Made by a program: the position numbers and the translations under genes. Of a DNA stretch of 64,000 bases, positions 30,221 through 39,919 are shown in pieces (the stretch's first letter is position 1; every line of letters starts with the position of its first letter). The stretch lies in the NCBI GenBank assembly GCA_013343275.1, contig CP046106.1, positions 352,001 to 416,000 of the forward strand, read 5' to 3'. A model generated the notes under the pieces. That model saw nothing but the letters and a program-made list of their open reading frames with translations. It was not told the DNA's origin and did not search any database. The DNA is from Candidatus Nanohaloarchaea archaeon (lineage in GTDB: Archaea; Nanohalarchaeota; Nanosalinia; Nanosalinales; Nanosalinaceae).

Positions 30221-30853
30221 ATGGTGGAAAATTCAGACATAGAGAAATACTTTCTCCAGATACTGCCCGAAATCTTCCCTAGCGACGAATGCAGAGCTCT
30301 CCTGACACTGATAGCTGGCGAAAGGCCCGGCGTACTCCTGATGAGCGTGCAAGAAGAGGACGAAAAAGTAGTGGAGAACTTCTGCAACGATTTCAATCTT
30401 GAACTACGGTTTATGGGGGAGAGAAATGAGTTGTTTGAGCCAGGAGCGTTCATAGCTCATGAGGAAGACAGGTTCTCAGTCCTTGAGGAGAGTCACGGCA
30501 AGTTTTACACCTGTTCGGATGAAGCCGTTGGGAAGTTCCTCGGATATCCGGAGGATGCCATCAAGTTCTACTCCAGTACTGAGGAAGACGAGATTCCAGG
30601 CCAGAAATTCAGAGAGAAGGTTAAAGGACTCTTTGAAAGAGATGTACTGGACGAGGAGGATTTAAAGCACCTTCAGCTCGTTGACTACGTGCCAAGACCC
30701 GAGAAAGAGAATATTATTGAAGCTGTTAAGAGAGGGAAGAAAAAGGAGAAAAGCCTCAGGCAGTTCGACGAGAGAAGAGAAACCCGTGTCGCCGAAATCT
30801 ACCTCAGGGAGCTGTACGAAAGGTTCGATGTCGAGGAATTCCTATCCTCCTAA
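30221..30853 (+). CDS. Hypothetical protein
   Basis: ORF track; GKFLGYP motif; acidic composition. Confidence 0.7.
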   Translation: MVENSDIEKYFLQILPEIFPSDECRALLTLIAGERPGVLLMSVQEEDEKVVENFCNDFNLELRFMGERNELFEPGAFIAHEEDRFSVLEESHGKFYTCSDEAVGKFLGYPEDAIKFYSSTEEDEIPGQKFREKVKGLFERDVLDEEDLKHLQLVDYVPRPEKENIIEAVKRGKKKEKSLRQFDERRETRVAEIYLRELYERFDVEEFLSS

Positions 30854-32697
30854 CGCTTGAGCACCGGTTCCGGAAGATAAACTCTTCTATCCCCTGAGCT
30901 GAGACTTACTTCTTTGACTGTTTCCCAGCTCGTCTCATTGATTGCTACTGCCTTACTGCTAGAGAATACATACATGGTGTCGCCAATGTAAGTTGCTCTC
31001 TTCGGATTCTCTAACTCTACCTTCTTGATCTCTTCAAGCCCGTCACTGTAGCTGTAGATGTAGCCACCATCGGATGCCGGGAGGAAGAATGCCTTGTGTC
31101 TCCTGTCGATCATGAAGGCATGATGGTTGTTGAGTGCTGCAGAGTAGCTCTCGTTCAGCGATTTACTGGCCGATATCTCGGGACTTTCTCCTGAGACATC
31201 GAATACAGTCAGTTTGACAGAGCCGTTCTGCCTTCCAACACCTAGGATTCTGTCCTCTGAAAGAGGATGCAGATAGGAGGAGTATCCTTCCAGCTTCAGC
31301 TTACCCTCGAGAACGGGTTGATCTCCCGAGAGATCGATTACGTGGAAAGGATCAGTCCTCCGGTACGTCACTACATAGGCCTTATTATCGATAAAACGTG
31401 CAGAGTAAACCCTCTGCTTTAATCCCATACCTTTCAGAGATGATTTAACTTCAAGATCGCTGTTGAGTACGTAGAGATCGTTCTCAGATACCGCATCAAA
31501 CCTCCAGGAATCTCCTACCGTAGTTACAATCCTGAACTCTTCTCCCTGCTCATCCATCGAGAACTGATCATTGACTTCTCCAGGAACGCTACCTTCAGCC
31601 TCCAGCTTCAAATTGTCGAGTCCAAACCTGGCGATCGAGGTATTTACCAGCTTTCTCTTGCGTTCATCAGTGTAGTTTCCGAAAGCGTTCTCGAACTCTT
31701 TCTCAAACTGTTTTCTCTCGCTCTCCGAAAGCTGGGAGCGGTAATCCCTGAGAGTGGCCTGAATCTCGGCCTCAAGCGCTTGTTGAGATAGATCATAGCT
31801 GAAAACATCCTGGAGATGATTCCTGGCCTGGCTGTCAAGCATTTCAAGACCTTCTGCCTTCAGGAAGTCGACTGTGACCTGTGTCTCATCAGCTGAGCGG
31901 GAGTAAGTCAGGTAGATGTTATCTTTCGACATGTAGACCTCTGTATTTGAAGGGGAGCCTAGGAAGGCCTTCCTGGACTCTACTTTTCCATCTCGGGAAA
32001 TCTTCATCAGCACATAGGTTGAATCTACTTCTCCATCAGGACCGGGGTAGTAGATGCTGGTACAGGGGACTGCAATTTTGGAAGTAGTGAGAGGTTCTAC
32101 AGGACAGCTACTGGAAAGGCCTTTCCTGAGAACTACATAGAGAGAACCGTTGTACCTTCTGGCATCTTCCACCCAGGAGTTGTTGAGGCCGTAGCTCCAT
32201 ACTTCTTCATAACTTTCTGTATCGTAGGCCGTAATATTGCTGTTTCCGAGGAAGATGAGAGTATCGTTGGATAGCACCATTCTTCCTCTGGCCGAGAGGT
32301 TTCTCTCCGCAGTGAAGTTCTCCGGAGGCCTTGCATCGAAGACCGTTGCGTTAGATCCCCAGTAATTATCGGAGGAATAGAATATTTCCTCGCCGTTATT
32401 CTTCAGTATGTCCGGTTCCTGCACCCCGGTAACCTGATTGTTAGTGCTGGCGTACCGTGTACCGGAAGATCCTGCTGAAGCATCCGGTACGGTGGCTTTT
32501 GACTGCTCTAGAGAATATCCATTAAGTGAAGAAGTTGTATCGGAGGTGTGAGCGCTGACGTACTCGGCAAACTGCTGTTCCGAGCTAAAACTATTGAACT
32601 GGCCTGTACGGGTTTCAGAGCTGTTTAAAGCATTGAAAGATACTCCGGCTGCGAGCAAAAGTGTTAGAGATGCGATTACAAAGTATTCTCTTCTCAT
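30850..32697 (-). CDS. Secreted beta-propeller domain protein
   Basis: Signal anchor; TNNQVTGVQEPDILK, NDQFSMDE, YSARF, VVTYRRTDPF, GYSSYLHP. Confidence 0.88.
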   Translation of the reverse strand: MRREYFVIASLTLLLAAGVSFNALNSSETRTGQFNSFSSEQQFAEYVSAHTSDTTSSLNGYSLEQSKATVPDASAGSSGTRYASTNNQVTGVQEPDILKNNGEEIFYSSDNYWGSNATVFDARPPENFTAERNLSARGRMVLSNDTLIFLGNSNITAYDTESYEEVWSYGLNNSWVEDARRYNGSLYVVLRKGLSSSCPVEPLTTSKIAVPCTSIYYPGPDGEVDSTYVLMKISRDGKVESRKAFLGSPSNTEVYMSKDNIYLTYSRSADETQVTVDFLKAEGLEMLDSQARNHLQDVFSYDLSQQALEAEIQATLRDYRSQLSESERKQFEKEFENAFGNYTDERKRKLVNTSIARFGLDNLKLEAEGSVPGEVNDQFSMDEQGEEFRIVTTVGDSWRFDAVSENDLYVLNSDLEVKSSLKGMGLKQRVYSARFIDNKAYVVTYRRTDPFHVIDLSGDQPVLEGKLKLEGYSSYLHPLSEDRILGVGRQNGSVKLTVFDVSGESPEISASKSLNESYSAALNNHHAFMIDRRHKAFFLPASDGGYIYSYSDGLEEIKKVELENPKRATYIGDTMYVFSSSKAVAINETSWETVKEVSLSSGDRRVYLPEPVLKR

Positions 32698-32820
32698 GGA
32701 TAATCTGTTCTCTACGACAGGTTAAATATAGAGGTGTAAACGTTCGGATCATATCGAATAGCCTGAGGGCTTAAGCCTTTGAATCCGAAATTTTTTAAAG
32801 CTCAGAGCTTAAACTCGGTT

Positions 32821-33366
32821 GTGCCAGAAGAACATCAGGAGGAAGACTATGTCTGGATCGGAAACAACGGCGAAACCAATCCTATAGAACGTATTCAATC
32901 CGGAGAACTGAACGAAGGTAATTTCTACACCCGAACCGCAAATGCAAAGTTCAGACCCCTGGATACCGCACATGGAAACTACTTGACAACAGTAGAGGAC
33001 CACTGGCCTGATACCAACGACGTTCTAGCAGTTAACCCAGAAGTACTGGTGCCTTACCTGGAAGAAGGCTATGCAGCACAGGTACCGAAGGAAATTGATG
33101 CATGGGTACGGTCAGAGGAAGGAGGTTTCTCAACCACACTCAGGTTCGATCCAGAGTTTTACGAAAATCCTATGGAGTACGATATAATACTTGGATCAAC
33201 TCCTGCACCCGGACCTCAAACAAGCGAAACACAGAAACAGTTCCGGGAAAAGCTGAAAGGCCAGACGGTCAGAGTAACACCTGTCAAAAACGAGTCTGAG
33301 GCCATATTCCAGAAAATCGCATCGATAGACGATGTAGAACAGACACTAGAACCTCAGGCAAAATAG
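32821..33366 (+). CDS. Hypothetical protein
   Basis: Acidic ORF; GTG at 32821 lies about 25 nt after TTTTAAA. Confidence 0.65.
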   Translation: MPEEHQEEDYVWIGNNGETNPIERIQSGELNEGNFYTRTANAKFRPLDTAHGNYLTTVEDHWPDTNDVLAVNPEVLVPYLEEGYAAQVPKEIDAWVRSEEGGFSTTLRFDPEFYENPMEYDIILGSTPAPGPQTSETQKQFREKLKGQTVRVTPVKNESEAIFQKIASIDDVEQTLEPQAK

Positions 33367-33371
33367 ACTAT

Positions 33372-33761
33372 CTAAGCAGATTCAGCACAGTGCTCACAGC
33401 AGAAAATTTCCCCGTCCTCCTCGTAACCGCCGCTGTAGATCTCACAGCCGCAGTTTTCACACTCTTCCACCTGGTCAAGTACTGAGGCCTCTATTACTTC
33501 GCCGAATGATTCGACTTTTTCAGATGCGAAATCCTCTCCTTCCTCTGTCAGAGAATAAACTTTCTTTCTGCCGTCTTTCCGTTCCTCAACTAGGTTGTTG
33601 TCAACTAATTTTGACAGAAAAGGGTATATGTGAGAACTTGAAGGCCTGTTGCCTGTTAACTCCTCTATACGATCCATTAACTCATATCCGTGCCTCTCGT
33701 CGCTTTTCAGGAGAAGTACTGTGTACAGGCGGTTGACATTTGAGAGATTTATCTCGGTCAT
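33372..33761 (-). CDS. PadR-family regulator with Cys-rich C-terminal metal-binding tail (copy 1)
   Basis: HGYEL, HIYPFL..L, RKKVYSLTEEG; tail CENCGC...CCEHC. Confidence 0.88.
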   Translation of the reverse strand: MTEINLSNVNRLYTVLLLKSDERHGYELMDRIEELTGNRPSSSHIYPFLSKLVDNNLVEERKDGRKKVYSLTEEGEDFASEKVESFGEVIEASVLDQVEECENCGCEIYSGGYEEDGEIFCCEHCAESA

Positions 33762-33795
33762 ATAGTTTGGCTATTGTGAAAAAGATATAAAATTG

Positions 33796-33810
33796 TATCA
33801 TATTTTGATA
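33796..33810. promoter_or_regulatory. Operator TATCA-N5-TGATA (site 1)
   Basis: gTATCAtatttTGATAc between padR1 and the hydrolase gene. Confidence 0.7.
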
Positions 33811-33860
33811 CTTCTGTGAAAAAGTTCGAAGATATACGTAAAGAGCTTCCTGAACCAAAA

Positions 33861-34641
33861 ATGGTAGAGATAGAGGAGGATTACTTTCTCGAAACGCTAT
33901 CGGGAGAGAGATTCCTCCTGCATCATCTTTGTTCACGGGGGCGGAGGAAACCTATGGAACTCTTACCGACAGTTTGACTGGTTTAAAGAGAAATACACTC
34001 TGATCTCTTACAACCTCTCGGGCTATGGTAGGTCCTCTTATCGTGAAGATCAAAGTCTGGAGAATCATGTTGAAGACCTCAGAAAACTCATAGAAAAATA
34101 TGGTATTAGGGACGTGGTTGTTCATGGACACAGTTACGGTACTGAGATCGCCCTCGAGTACGCAAAAGAGTATAGTCCGGAGGGCCTCGTTATCACTGGC
34201 GGCGGAGCATTCGACCTAACTCCGGAATGGGAGAAACCATTACTAAAGACCTTACTAGCACTAAGATTCTATAAAATACCTTCAAATACATGGCTGATGA
34301 AAAAACTGGCCTCAAAGGCCTTACACCCAGATACATCTGAGGAAAGAGTTCTTGACTTCCTCAAATCAAATCCTATGCCTCACCGAAGATCTGCATGGGA
34401 AACCGTGATCAAGTCTTTCTGGAGTTACGATGCCGAAAACCTCCACGAAATAAACTGTCCTACAGCTGTAATACATGGTCCAGAGGACGGAATAGTGCCC
34501 ATAGAGTCTGCCCGAAGAACAGCGGATAAACTCTCAGACTCCGAATTCCACGAGATCTCAAAGACAGGTCACGTACCGATGGCTGAAAGACCTGAGCATT
34601 ATAACCAGATTCTGGAGAAGTTTGTAGACGACCATCTGTGA
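33861..34641 (+). pseudogene. Alpha/beta hydrolase with a frameshift in a (GA)n run near 33903-33911
   Basis: FVHGGGG, GYGRS, GHSYG, HGPEDGIVP, GHVP lie in one frame; ATG 33861 is in another; adding one GA restores MVEIEEDYFLETLSGERDSSCIIFVHG. Confidence 0.75.
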
Positions 34642-34662
34642 AATCCAGAAATTATAAAACTA

Positions 34663-34677
34663 TATCATATACTGATA
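34663..34677. promoter_or_regulatory. Operator TATCA-N5-TGATA (site 2)
   Basis: aTATCAtatacTGATAt between TTATAAAA (34652) and GTG (34683). Confidence 0.75.
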
Positions 34678-34682
34678 TAAAC

Positions 34683-35960
34683 GTGGAGAGATACGAGCAC
34701 CTCACAATATTCACTATAGCAGTACTCGCAGTACTGTCCGGAGTACTTACAACTTCAAGGCCTCTACTAGACTTCCTCGTAGCAAACGGATTAGATGCAG
34801 CACATACAGCATTCTACATGGGCTGGATCACGTGGTGGGCCCTGGTACTCGGATTCTCTATCGCAGGAGCAGTAGAGGCCTGGGTACCGAAATCCAAGAT
34901 CTCGGAGAAGCTTGAAGGAGAAGGCCTCAAATCTCTAGGCCTGGCGACATTCTTCGGATTTGTATCGTCTTCCTGTTCCTACAGCGCTATCGCTACCGCT
35001 AAAAACCTGTTCAAGAAAGGGGCTTCCGCAGGTTCAAGCCTTGGCGCCTTCATGTTCGCATCAACAAATCTTGTTATCGAGATCGGAGTTGTAATATACA
35101 TACTACTTGGATGGCAGTTTTTAGTCGCAGACTTCATCGGAGGCCTCGTTTTGATAGGCCTCATGGCTGTAACCTTCCGCTACCTGGTACCTGATGAAGT
35201 TATCGAGAAGGCGAGAGAAAATGCGAACTCTGGAACTGAGAAAGTTACTGATCCGGTCTGCGGCATGGATGTAGATCCTGAGGAAGCTGATTACAGCGAG
35301 GAAGTCAACGGCGAGAAGTTTTACTTCTGTTCAAAGAGCTGCAAGGAAAGCTTCGACCCTGAAGATGTGAACGTTGGGGTCTGGGAGAACATGACCTCTC
35401 TGAAGGGCTGGAAGAAACTCGCTGACAAACAGTGGAAAGAATGGGGAATGCTTTACGAAGACATAATCGTAGGATTCATCCTCGCCGGAATCATCGGGTC
35501 TTTCGTCCCACAATCTGTCTGGACTTCGCTTCTAGGAGGCCAGTTCCTGGGCCTTCCTGCATTCGTTGTCTGGTCTGCAATAGTCGGCACAGTCATCGGC
35601 ATAGCAACATTTGTCTGCTCTGTAGGAAACGTACCGTTTGGCGCCGTCTTATGGAGCAAGGGATTCCCGTTCGGATCTATCCTGTCATACATCTATGCAG
35701 ATCTTATAGTGCCGCCGATCATGGATGCGTACAAGGATTATTATGGTAAGAAGTTTGCTGCAATCCTTTCAGCGATGATATTCGTCGCAGCAGTGATAGT
35801 AGGAGTCCTTGTACACTTCCTGTTCCTTGCGACAGGATTCCTGCCAGATCCAGCAACAGCAAAAATTGTAGAGGAAAATATAAAGTGGAACTACAAGGCC
35901 TGGCTCAACATCATATTCACAGCAGCATTCATAGGTCTTTACTGGCTTCACAGGGACTAG
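34683..35960 (+). CDS. ArsP/DUF318-like permease with inserted YHS domain
   Basis: SSSCSY, FASTNL, FVCSVGNVP; DPVCGM...FYFCSKSC insert; GTG start after TATA and operator. Confidence 0.85.
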   Translation: MERYEHLTIFTIAVLAVLSGVLTTSRPLLDFLVANGLDAAHTAFYMGWITWWALVLGFSIAGAVEAWVPKSKISEKLEGEGLKSLGLATFFGFVSSSCSYSAIATAKNLFKKGASAGSSLGAFMFASTNLVIEIGVVIYILLGWQFLVADFIGGLVLIGLMAVTFRYLVPDEVIEKARENANSGTEKVTDPVCGMDVDPEEADYSEEVNGEKFYFCSKSCKESFDPEDVNVGVWENMTSLKGWKKLADKQWKEWGMLYEDIIVGFILAGIIGSFVPQSVWTSLLGGQFLGLPAFVVWSAIVGTVIGIATFVCSVGNVPFGAVLWSKGFPFGSILSYIYADLIVPPIMDAYKDYYGKKFAAILSAMIFVAAVIVGVLVHFLFLATGFLPDPATAKIVEENIKWNYKAWLNIIFTAAFIGLYWLHRD

Positions 35961-36320
35961 CCAGCTGTTGCCATGTATCTAACTCAACCTATGGCCTCCA
36001 GAAAATATGTTTTCCCCTTTCTGAGATTGGAATGCTGACTTCCAAATCTTACAAAGCGGATGGCGACCTCCGAAAGGTTGTATCTGTCTGTATAGGCATA
36101 CAGTCTTTTATTCTATTTAACAAGAAAAGGAGGAAGTAGGAAGCTATGTTAGCTTCCCGATTGTTTCTTTCCAGGCCTTGGTTCTGTGAACCCAGGGCAG
36201 AGCAGACAGCATAAAAAATAACGAAAAACTAAAACAGGACTTCAACATCCAGACAGTTACGCTCCAGATAGAGAAAGATCAACAAAACCAGGGAGAAATA
36301 ACTCACTGACGAGGAACTTC

Positions 36321-37184
36321 TTAAATTCCTACGATAAGTCTCAGTAGAACCCTTAGTCCTGTCGCCAGACCGACCACGGTTAAGGCTAGTATCAATACGG
36401 CTTCAGTTATCTCGTCTTCATCTCCATCTTTGAGTACATATAGAACTGCTGCCAGTAAACCTGTTTTGACCAGCAGTATTCCAGGGGCTCCGAACAACTG
36501 TGTTGAGAACTGGGCCAGTAACTGTTTCTGCACATAGCCTTGAGAAACACTTACCATGCTGACTGCTCCGCCGAAGAACTGGCTGAAAGCTATAAGGTAG
36601 TAAGGAGCTTCGCCGAAGTCCGTATCCCTGTGAAGCCAGTAGAAACCCGTTAGCATAGCTCCCGGAATCAGAATGGATATAACCAGGAGGCTCCAGTTGA
36701 TTCCGAACTGGAACAACAGGTAGAAGGTGTAGAGAGCTACGGGCGTCAGGAATAGTGTTCCGATCTCGGCCAGTGACCGATCCCTGTCTTTACCATGTTT
36801 TTTTGAAATCCTGATCGCTCCAACGAACGAGATAACGTAGATTCCTGCGATTACGAAGTAAATCACAGGTGTTATCAGGAACGGCCTGAGGGAGAATACG
36901 ATGGCGCCGGTATCTTCGATGAACCGGAGCATACCACCCATCAGTATGAAAGGTACAGAGGCCACAACGGTTTCCGGTGTGAAGCGGATGTTTCTCCGGT
37001 CGAACTCCCTGTAAATAAGGTATCCAAAAAGTGCTGCGAGTATCCCCCATGCTGCGGTGTTGAAAATATTGTAGCCAGTTTGAGCAGTTACTCCGTTCCA
37101 GACGGCTGTCTCGGCGTTCTTTGCATCTGCAATTATAGGTCCTGCGATATACTTCCAGAGGAAGTTGAGAATTTTCTCTATCAA
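36321..37184 (-). CDS. DUF63-like membrane protein
   Basis: GYNIFNT, PFILMGGMLRFIED, LITP.IYF, VGLATGLR. Confidence 0.8.
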   Translation of the reverse strand: MIEKILNFLWKYIAGPIIADAKNAETAVWNGVTAQTGYNIFNTAAWGILAALFGYLIYREFDRRNIRFTPETVVASVPFILMGGMLRFIEDTGAIVFSLRPFLITPVIYFVIAGIYVISFVGAIRISKKHGKDRDRSLAEIGTLFLTPVALYTFYLLFQFGINWSLLVISILIPGAMLTGFYWLHRDTDFGEAPYYLIAFSQFFGGAVSMVSVSQGYVQKQLLAQFSTQLFGAPGILLVKTGLLAAVLYVLKDGDEDEITEAVLILALTVVGLATGLRVLLRLIVGI

Positions 37185-37613
37185 CTATATCACCACTTGT
37201 AGAAGCATGTATAGAACCGCCAGCAACATGCCTAGATCTAAGAGAATGTGTTCCCATGAGAGCTTGAGTTCAACTGCTGTACCCATACACCCACAGTTAG
37301 GTCTGTCTGGATTCTCCTTCATTTCGTATAGTTGTGCGGCTATGAATATGATGAGGCTCAGAGATATGAAAATAAGAGCGATCTCTGGCAAAATCCAGAC
37401 TAATAGCATAGCTCCGGAGATTACTTCGACTATAGGCAACAGATAAGCCATATATCTAGAGACTTCCTCGAATCTATCCGGGACTATAGCATAGGATGAC
37501 GCTATACCAGCAAAACCTTTCAGGTCGGGGAGCTTGAGTATACCTGATAAAATCAGATAGCCGCCTATAAGAACTCTTAGAGCTAGAATTAGCGGTGTCG
37601 AGTGCATGACCAT
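37185..37613 (-). CDS. MauE/DoxX-family membrane protein
   Basis: R..IG..LILSG..K, LP..E, NCGCMG. Confidence 0.82.
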   Translation of the reverse strand: MVMHSTPLILALRVLIGGYLILSGILKLPDLKGFAGIASSYAIVPDRFEEVSRYMAYLLPIVEVISGAMLLVWILPEIALIFISLSLIIFIAAQLYEMKENPDRPNCGCMGTAVELKLSWEHILLDLGMLLAVLYMLLQVVI

Positions 37614-38224
37614 CAGCTCAGTTTGATTACTATGTTATCGCCGTCTCTTGGAATGTAACTTAATGGGTTTTCAAGTTTTTCTCCATTTGCTTTGACTGTG
37701 AGATTAGCTGGTTCTCCGTTGCAACTGGTTTGACCCATTACTGAGTCTTTCTTCAGCTGTCCGCCAAGATTATCAACTATCCAATCGAGCGTCGCCTGTT
37801 CTTTCGTCCTGACTCCTTCTAGGTGGAATGTTGTTGTTCCGTGCGTGTGTGCCTTAATTCCTCCGCCTTGTAGGACTCTGCTTTCTCCACAGACTATGAG
37901 CTGGTAGTTGGCGTGCCAGTGAACTGGAACTCCTATCCCTTTATCAGGAATTTTTTCTGGCTGCAGGGACTTGGAGAACTGGTATGCTTGGAAGCCTCCG
38001 ACTACGAGTCCTGCGAGAACCATGGCAGCGATTCCGCCATATACAATCTTTCTGTTCCGTTTATGTTTCGCTGTCTGTTCCTTCTCATTTAACTTGTTTA
38101 GTTTTCTCTGTTTGCCATCCTTATCGTGGCTTGACATCTCTTCCTCGTGATCCTTTAGTTCGTGCTGTAGCTTTCTCTTTTCTTTTTCGAATTCTTTTTC
38201 GCAGTAGTCGCAGTCTTCTGGCAT
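37613..38224 (-). CDS. C2H2-like finger + TM + His-rich extracellular domain protein
   Basis: CDYC...HELKDH; TM; VHWHANY...HTHG...FHLEG. Confidence 0.75.
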   Translation of the reverse strand: MPEDCDYCEKEFEKEKRKLQHELKDHEEEMSSHDKDGKQRKLNKLNEKEQTAKHKRNRKIVYGGIAAMVLAGLVVGGFQAYQFSKSLQPEKIPDKGIGVPVHWHANYQLIVCGESRVLQGGGIKAHTHGTTTFHLEGVRTKEQATLDWIVDNLGGQLKKDSVMGQTSCNGEPANLTVKANGEKLENPLSYIPRDGDNIVIKLS

Positions 38225-38234
38225 AATTTGACAC

Positions 38235-38831
38235 CTAAGTTGAAACGAACCTTCCGACCATTCCCTGCTCTGAGTGACCTGGCAGTGTGCACTCGAACCT
38301 GAGTGGTAGTTCTCCTGCTTTTGAAACGTTGACCGTGAATGATTCGGACTGGCCGGGCTGTACCAGGCTGGTTCCTTTGCCGACACCTGTCAACCGGAGA
38401 TTGTGGCCGATAGAACCTCTGTTAGTGAACCGCACCATTACCGTTCCCGTTTTGTTTACTCCTGTAGTAGAGGGTCTGAAGTAGTATTCTCCTCCGGAGA
38501 TACGTACTATCTTGTCAACATTTTTACTGATTTTTTCCTCCGTACTTTGTCCCGGGTTCATAGAGTTAAGCGCTAATCCTCCGCCAGCCACGGTAAGAGC
38601 GATCAGTATCCCGGCTATAGCTAACTTGTTGCCTAGAACTGTTTTGCGGACAGTTCCCCAGTGTTTTTTCTTGTGTTCTCTTAGACTTTCCTTCGAGCTG
38701 AATTTCTCTCCACACTTGGAGCATTCTTCCAATTTGCTGTGGTCGTAATCTTCTTTGTGCTGCTGGAGCGCCTGTTCGGAACTGAAGCTCTTATCACATT
38801 TGTCGCAGTCGAATTTTCCCACTTGTATCAC
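38235..38831 (-). CDS. Tandem C2H2 zinc fingers + TM + cupredoxin
   Basis: CDKCDKSF...LQQH and CSKCGEKF...LREHKKKH; TM; HNL...FECTLPGHSEQGM. Confidence 0.8.
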   Translation of the reverse strand: MIQVGKFDCDKCDKSFSSEQALQQHKEDYDHSKLEECSKCGEKFSSKESLREHKKKHWGTVRKTVLGNKLAIAGILIALTVAGGGLALNSMNPGQSTEEKISKNVDKIVRISGGEYYFRPSTTGVNKTGTVMVRFTNRGSIGHNLRLTGVGKGTSLVQPGQSESFTVNVSKAGELPLRFECTLPGHSEQGMVGRFVST

Positions 38832-39919
38832 CCTGGAGTTATCTTTCCTGTCATCCCGTTAGCTGCGTGGCCAGGAAGGCTACACTCAAAGCTTATAGGG
38901 AAGGTTCCTGATTTTGGGGCGATAAATGTGAAGGAGTCGGTTTGTCCTGCTTGAATAACTCTTGAACCAACTCCTAGACTAGGAATCCTCAGGTTATGAG
39001 GGATGCTGCCGGTGTTTCTGAATTCTACTTTTACGGTCTGGCCTTTTTTCACTTGGATAGTGGATGGTGAGAAGCTGTATTCTGTCCCCGAGACTTGTAT
39101 GGTCTTATCAACTTGTTCGTTTCTTCCTGTTGTCTCAGTTCCTGAATCTGAGTTTTGAACTCGGTTGATAACAGAGCGGAACCTGCTATACGGCTGTGCG
39201 CCTGTAATTTGTTGACCGGTATCGGATCCTGTTCTGTAGATCACGAAGCCAGGAGTACCGGTGATTCCTACAGATCTGCCTTCACTTCTGTCCCTCTCTA
39301 TCTCGTCTTGGAATTTCTGCCTGTTGTTTTCCATGCAGCTTGACAGCTGATTTGCGTTTACTCCTGAAACCTGCCGTGTCATGGAGATTATATCCTGTTT
39401 GTCTCCCCATCCACTGTTTTCTCCGTCCTGGTTGTCGAACATCGAGGCGTGCCAGTTCCAGTAAGCTTCAGGATTCGATTCTCCTACCTGTTTCCAGACG
39501 CATTCAGAGGCTATTCCTGCTGTTGTTGAGTCCGGTCCGAGGAACTGGAAGTCTTTGAATACGAACCTTACCTTTCCTTCTGAAATGTAGTTGTTTTTCA
39601 GCTGTGGAAATGTCCTCTGCTCGAAACGCTTGCAGAACGGGCACTGGAAGTCACCCCAGTAAGCGATTGTGACAGGTGCATCTTCTTGACCGATCACGGG
39701 TTCTCCTGTAGTTTCGAAGCTGACAGTTACACCTGAATCGCCTCCTGAGGGAGAAGGCGAGGGGTTATTATCGCTGTTTCCTGTTGGTTGTACGGTAGCC
39801 TTACCAGTTATTTGCCCTGAAACTATTGATCCAGTTAGGAATCCAACACTAATTCCGAGGGCAAAAACCAGTATCATCGCATGCTTTACATTCAGGCTTA
39901 TCTCTATTTCCTCTGTCAT
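38828..39919 (-). CDS. Membrane-anchored DsbA-like thioredoxin fused to cupredoxin
   Basis: DFQCPFC, GTPGF, GAQPY; C-terminal HNL...FECSLPGHAANGM. Confidence 0.88.
   Translation of the reverse strand: MTEEIEISLNVKHAMILVFALGISVGFLTGSIVSGQITGKATVQPTGNSDNNPSPSPSGGDSGVTVSFETTGEPVIGQEDAPVTIAYWGDFQCPFCKRFEQRTFPQLKNNYISEGKVRFVFKDFQFLGPDSTTAGIASECVWKQVGESNPEAYWNWHASMFDNQDGENSGWGDKQDIISMTRQVSGVNANQLSSCMENNRQKFQDEIERDRSEGRSVGITGTPGFVIYRTGSDTGQQITGAQPYSRFRSVINRVQNSDSGTETTGRNEQVDKTIQVSGTEYSFSPSTIQVKKGQTVKVEFRNTGSIPHNLRIPSLGVGSRVIQAGQTDSFTFIAPKSGTFPISFECSLPGHAANGMTGKITPG

Noticed and set aside
35961-36320. Gap at the left island edge with a short inverted repeat GGAAGCTA/TAGCTTCC
   Set aside because: No credible ORF or att-like repeat matching the right edge; treated as a junction remnant
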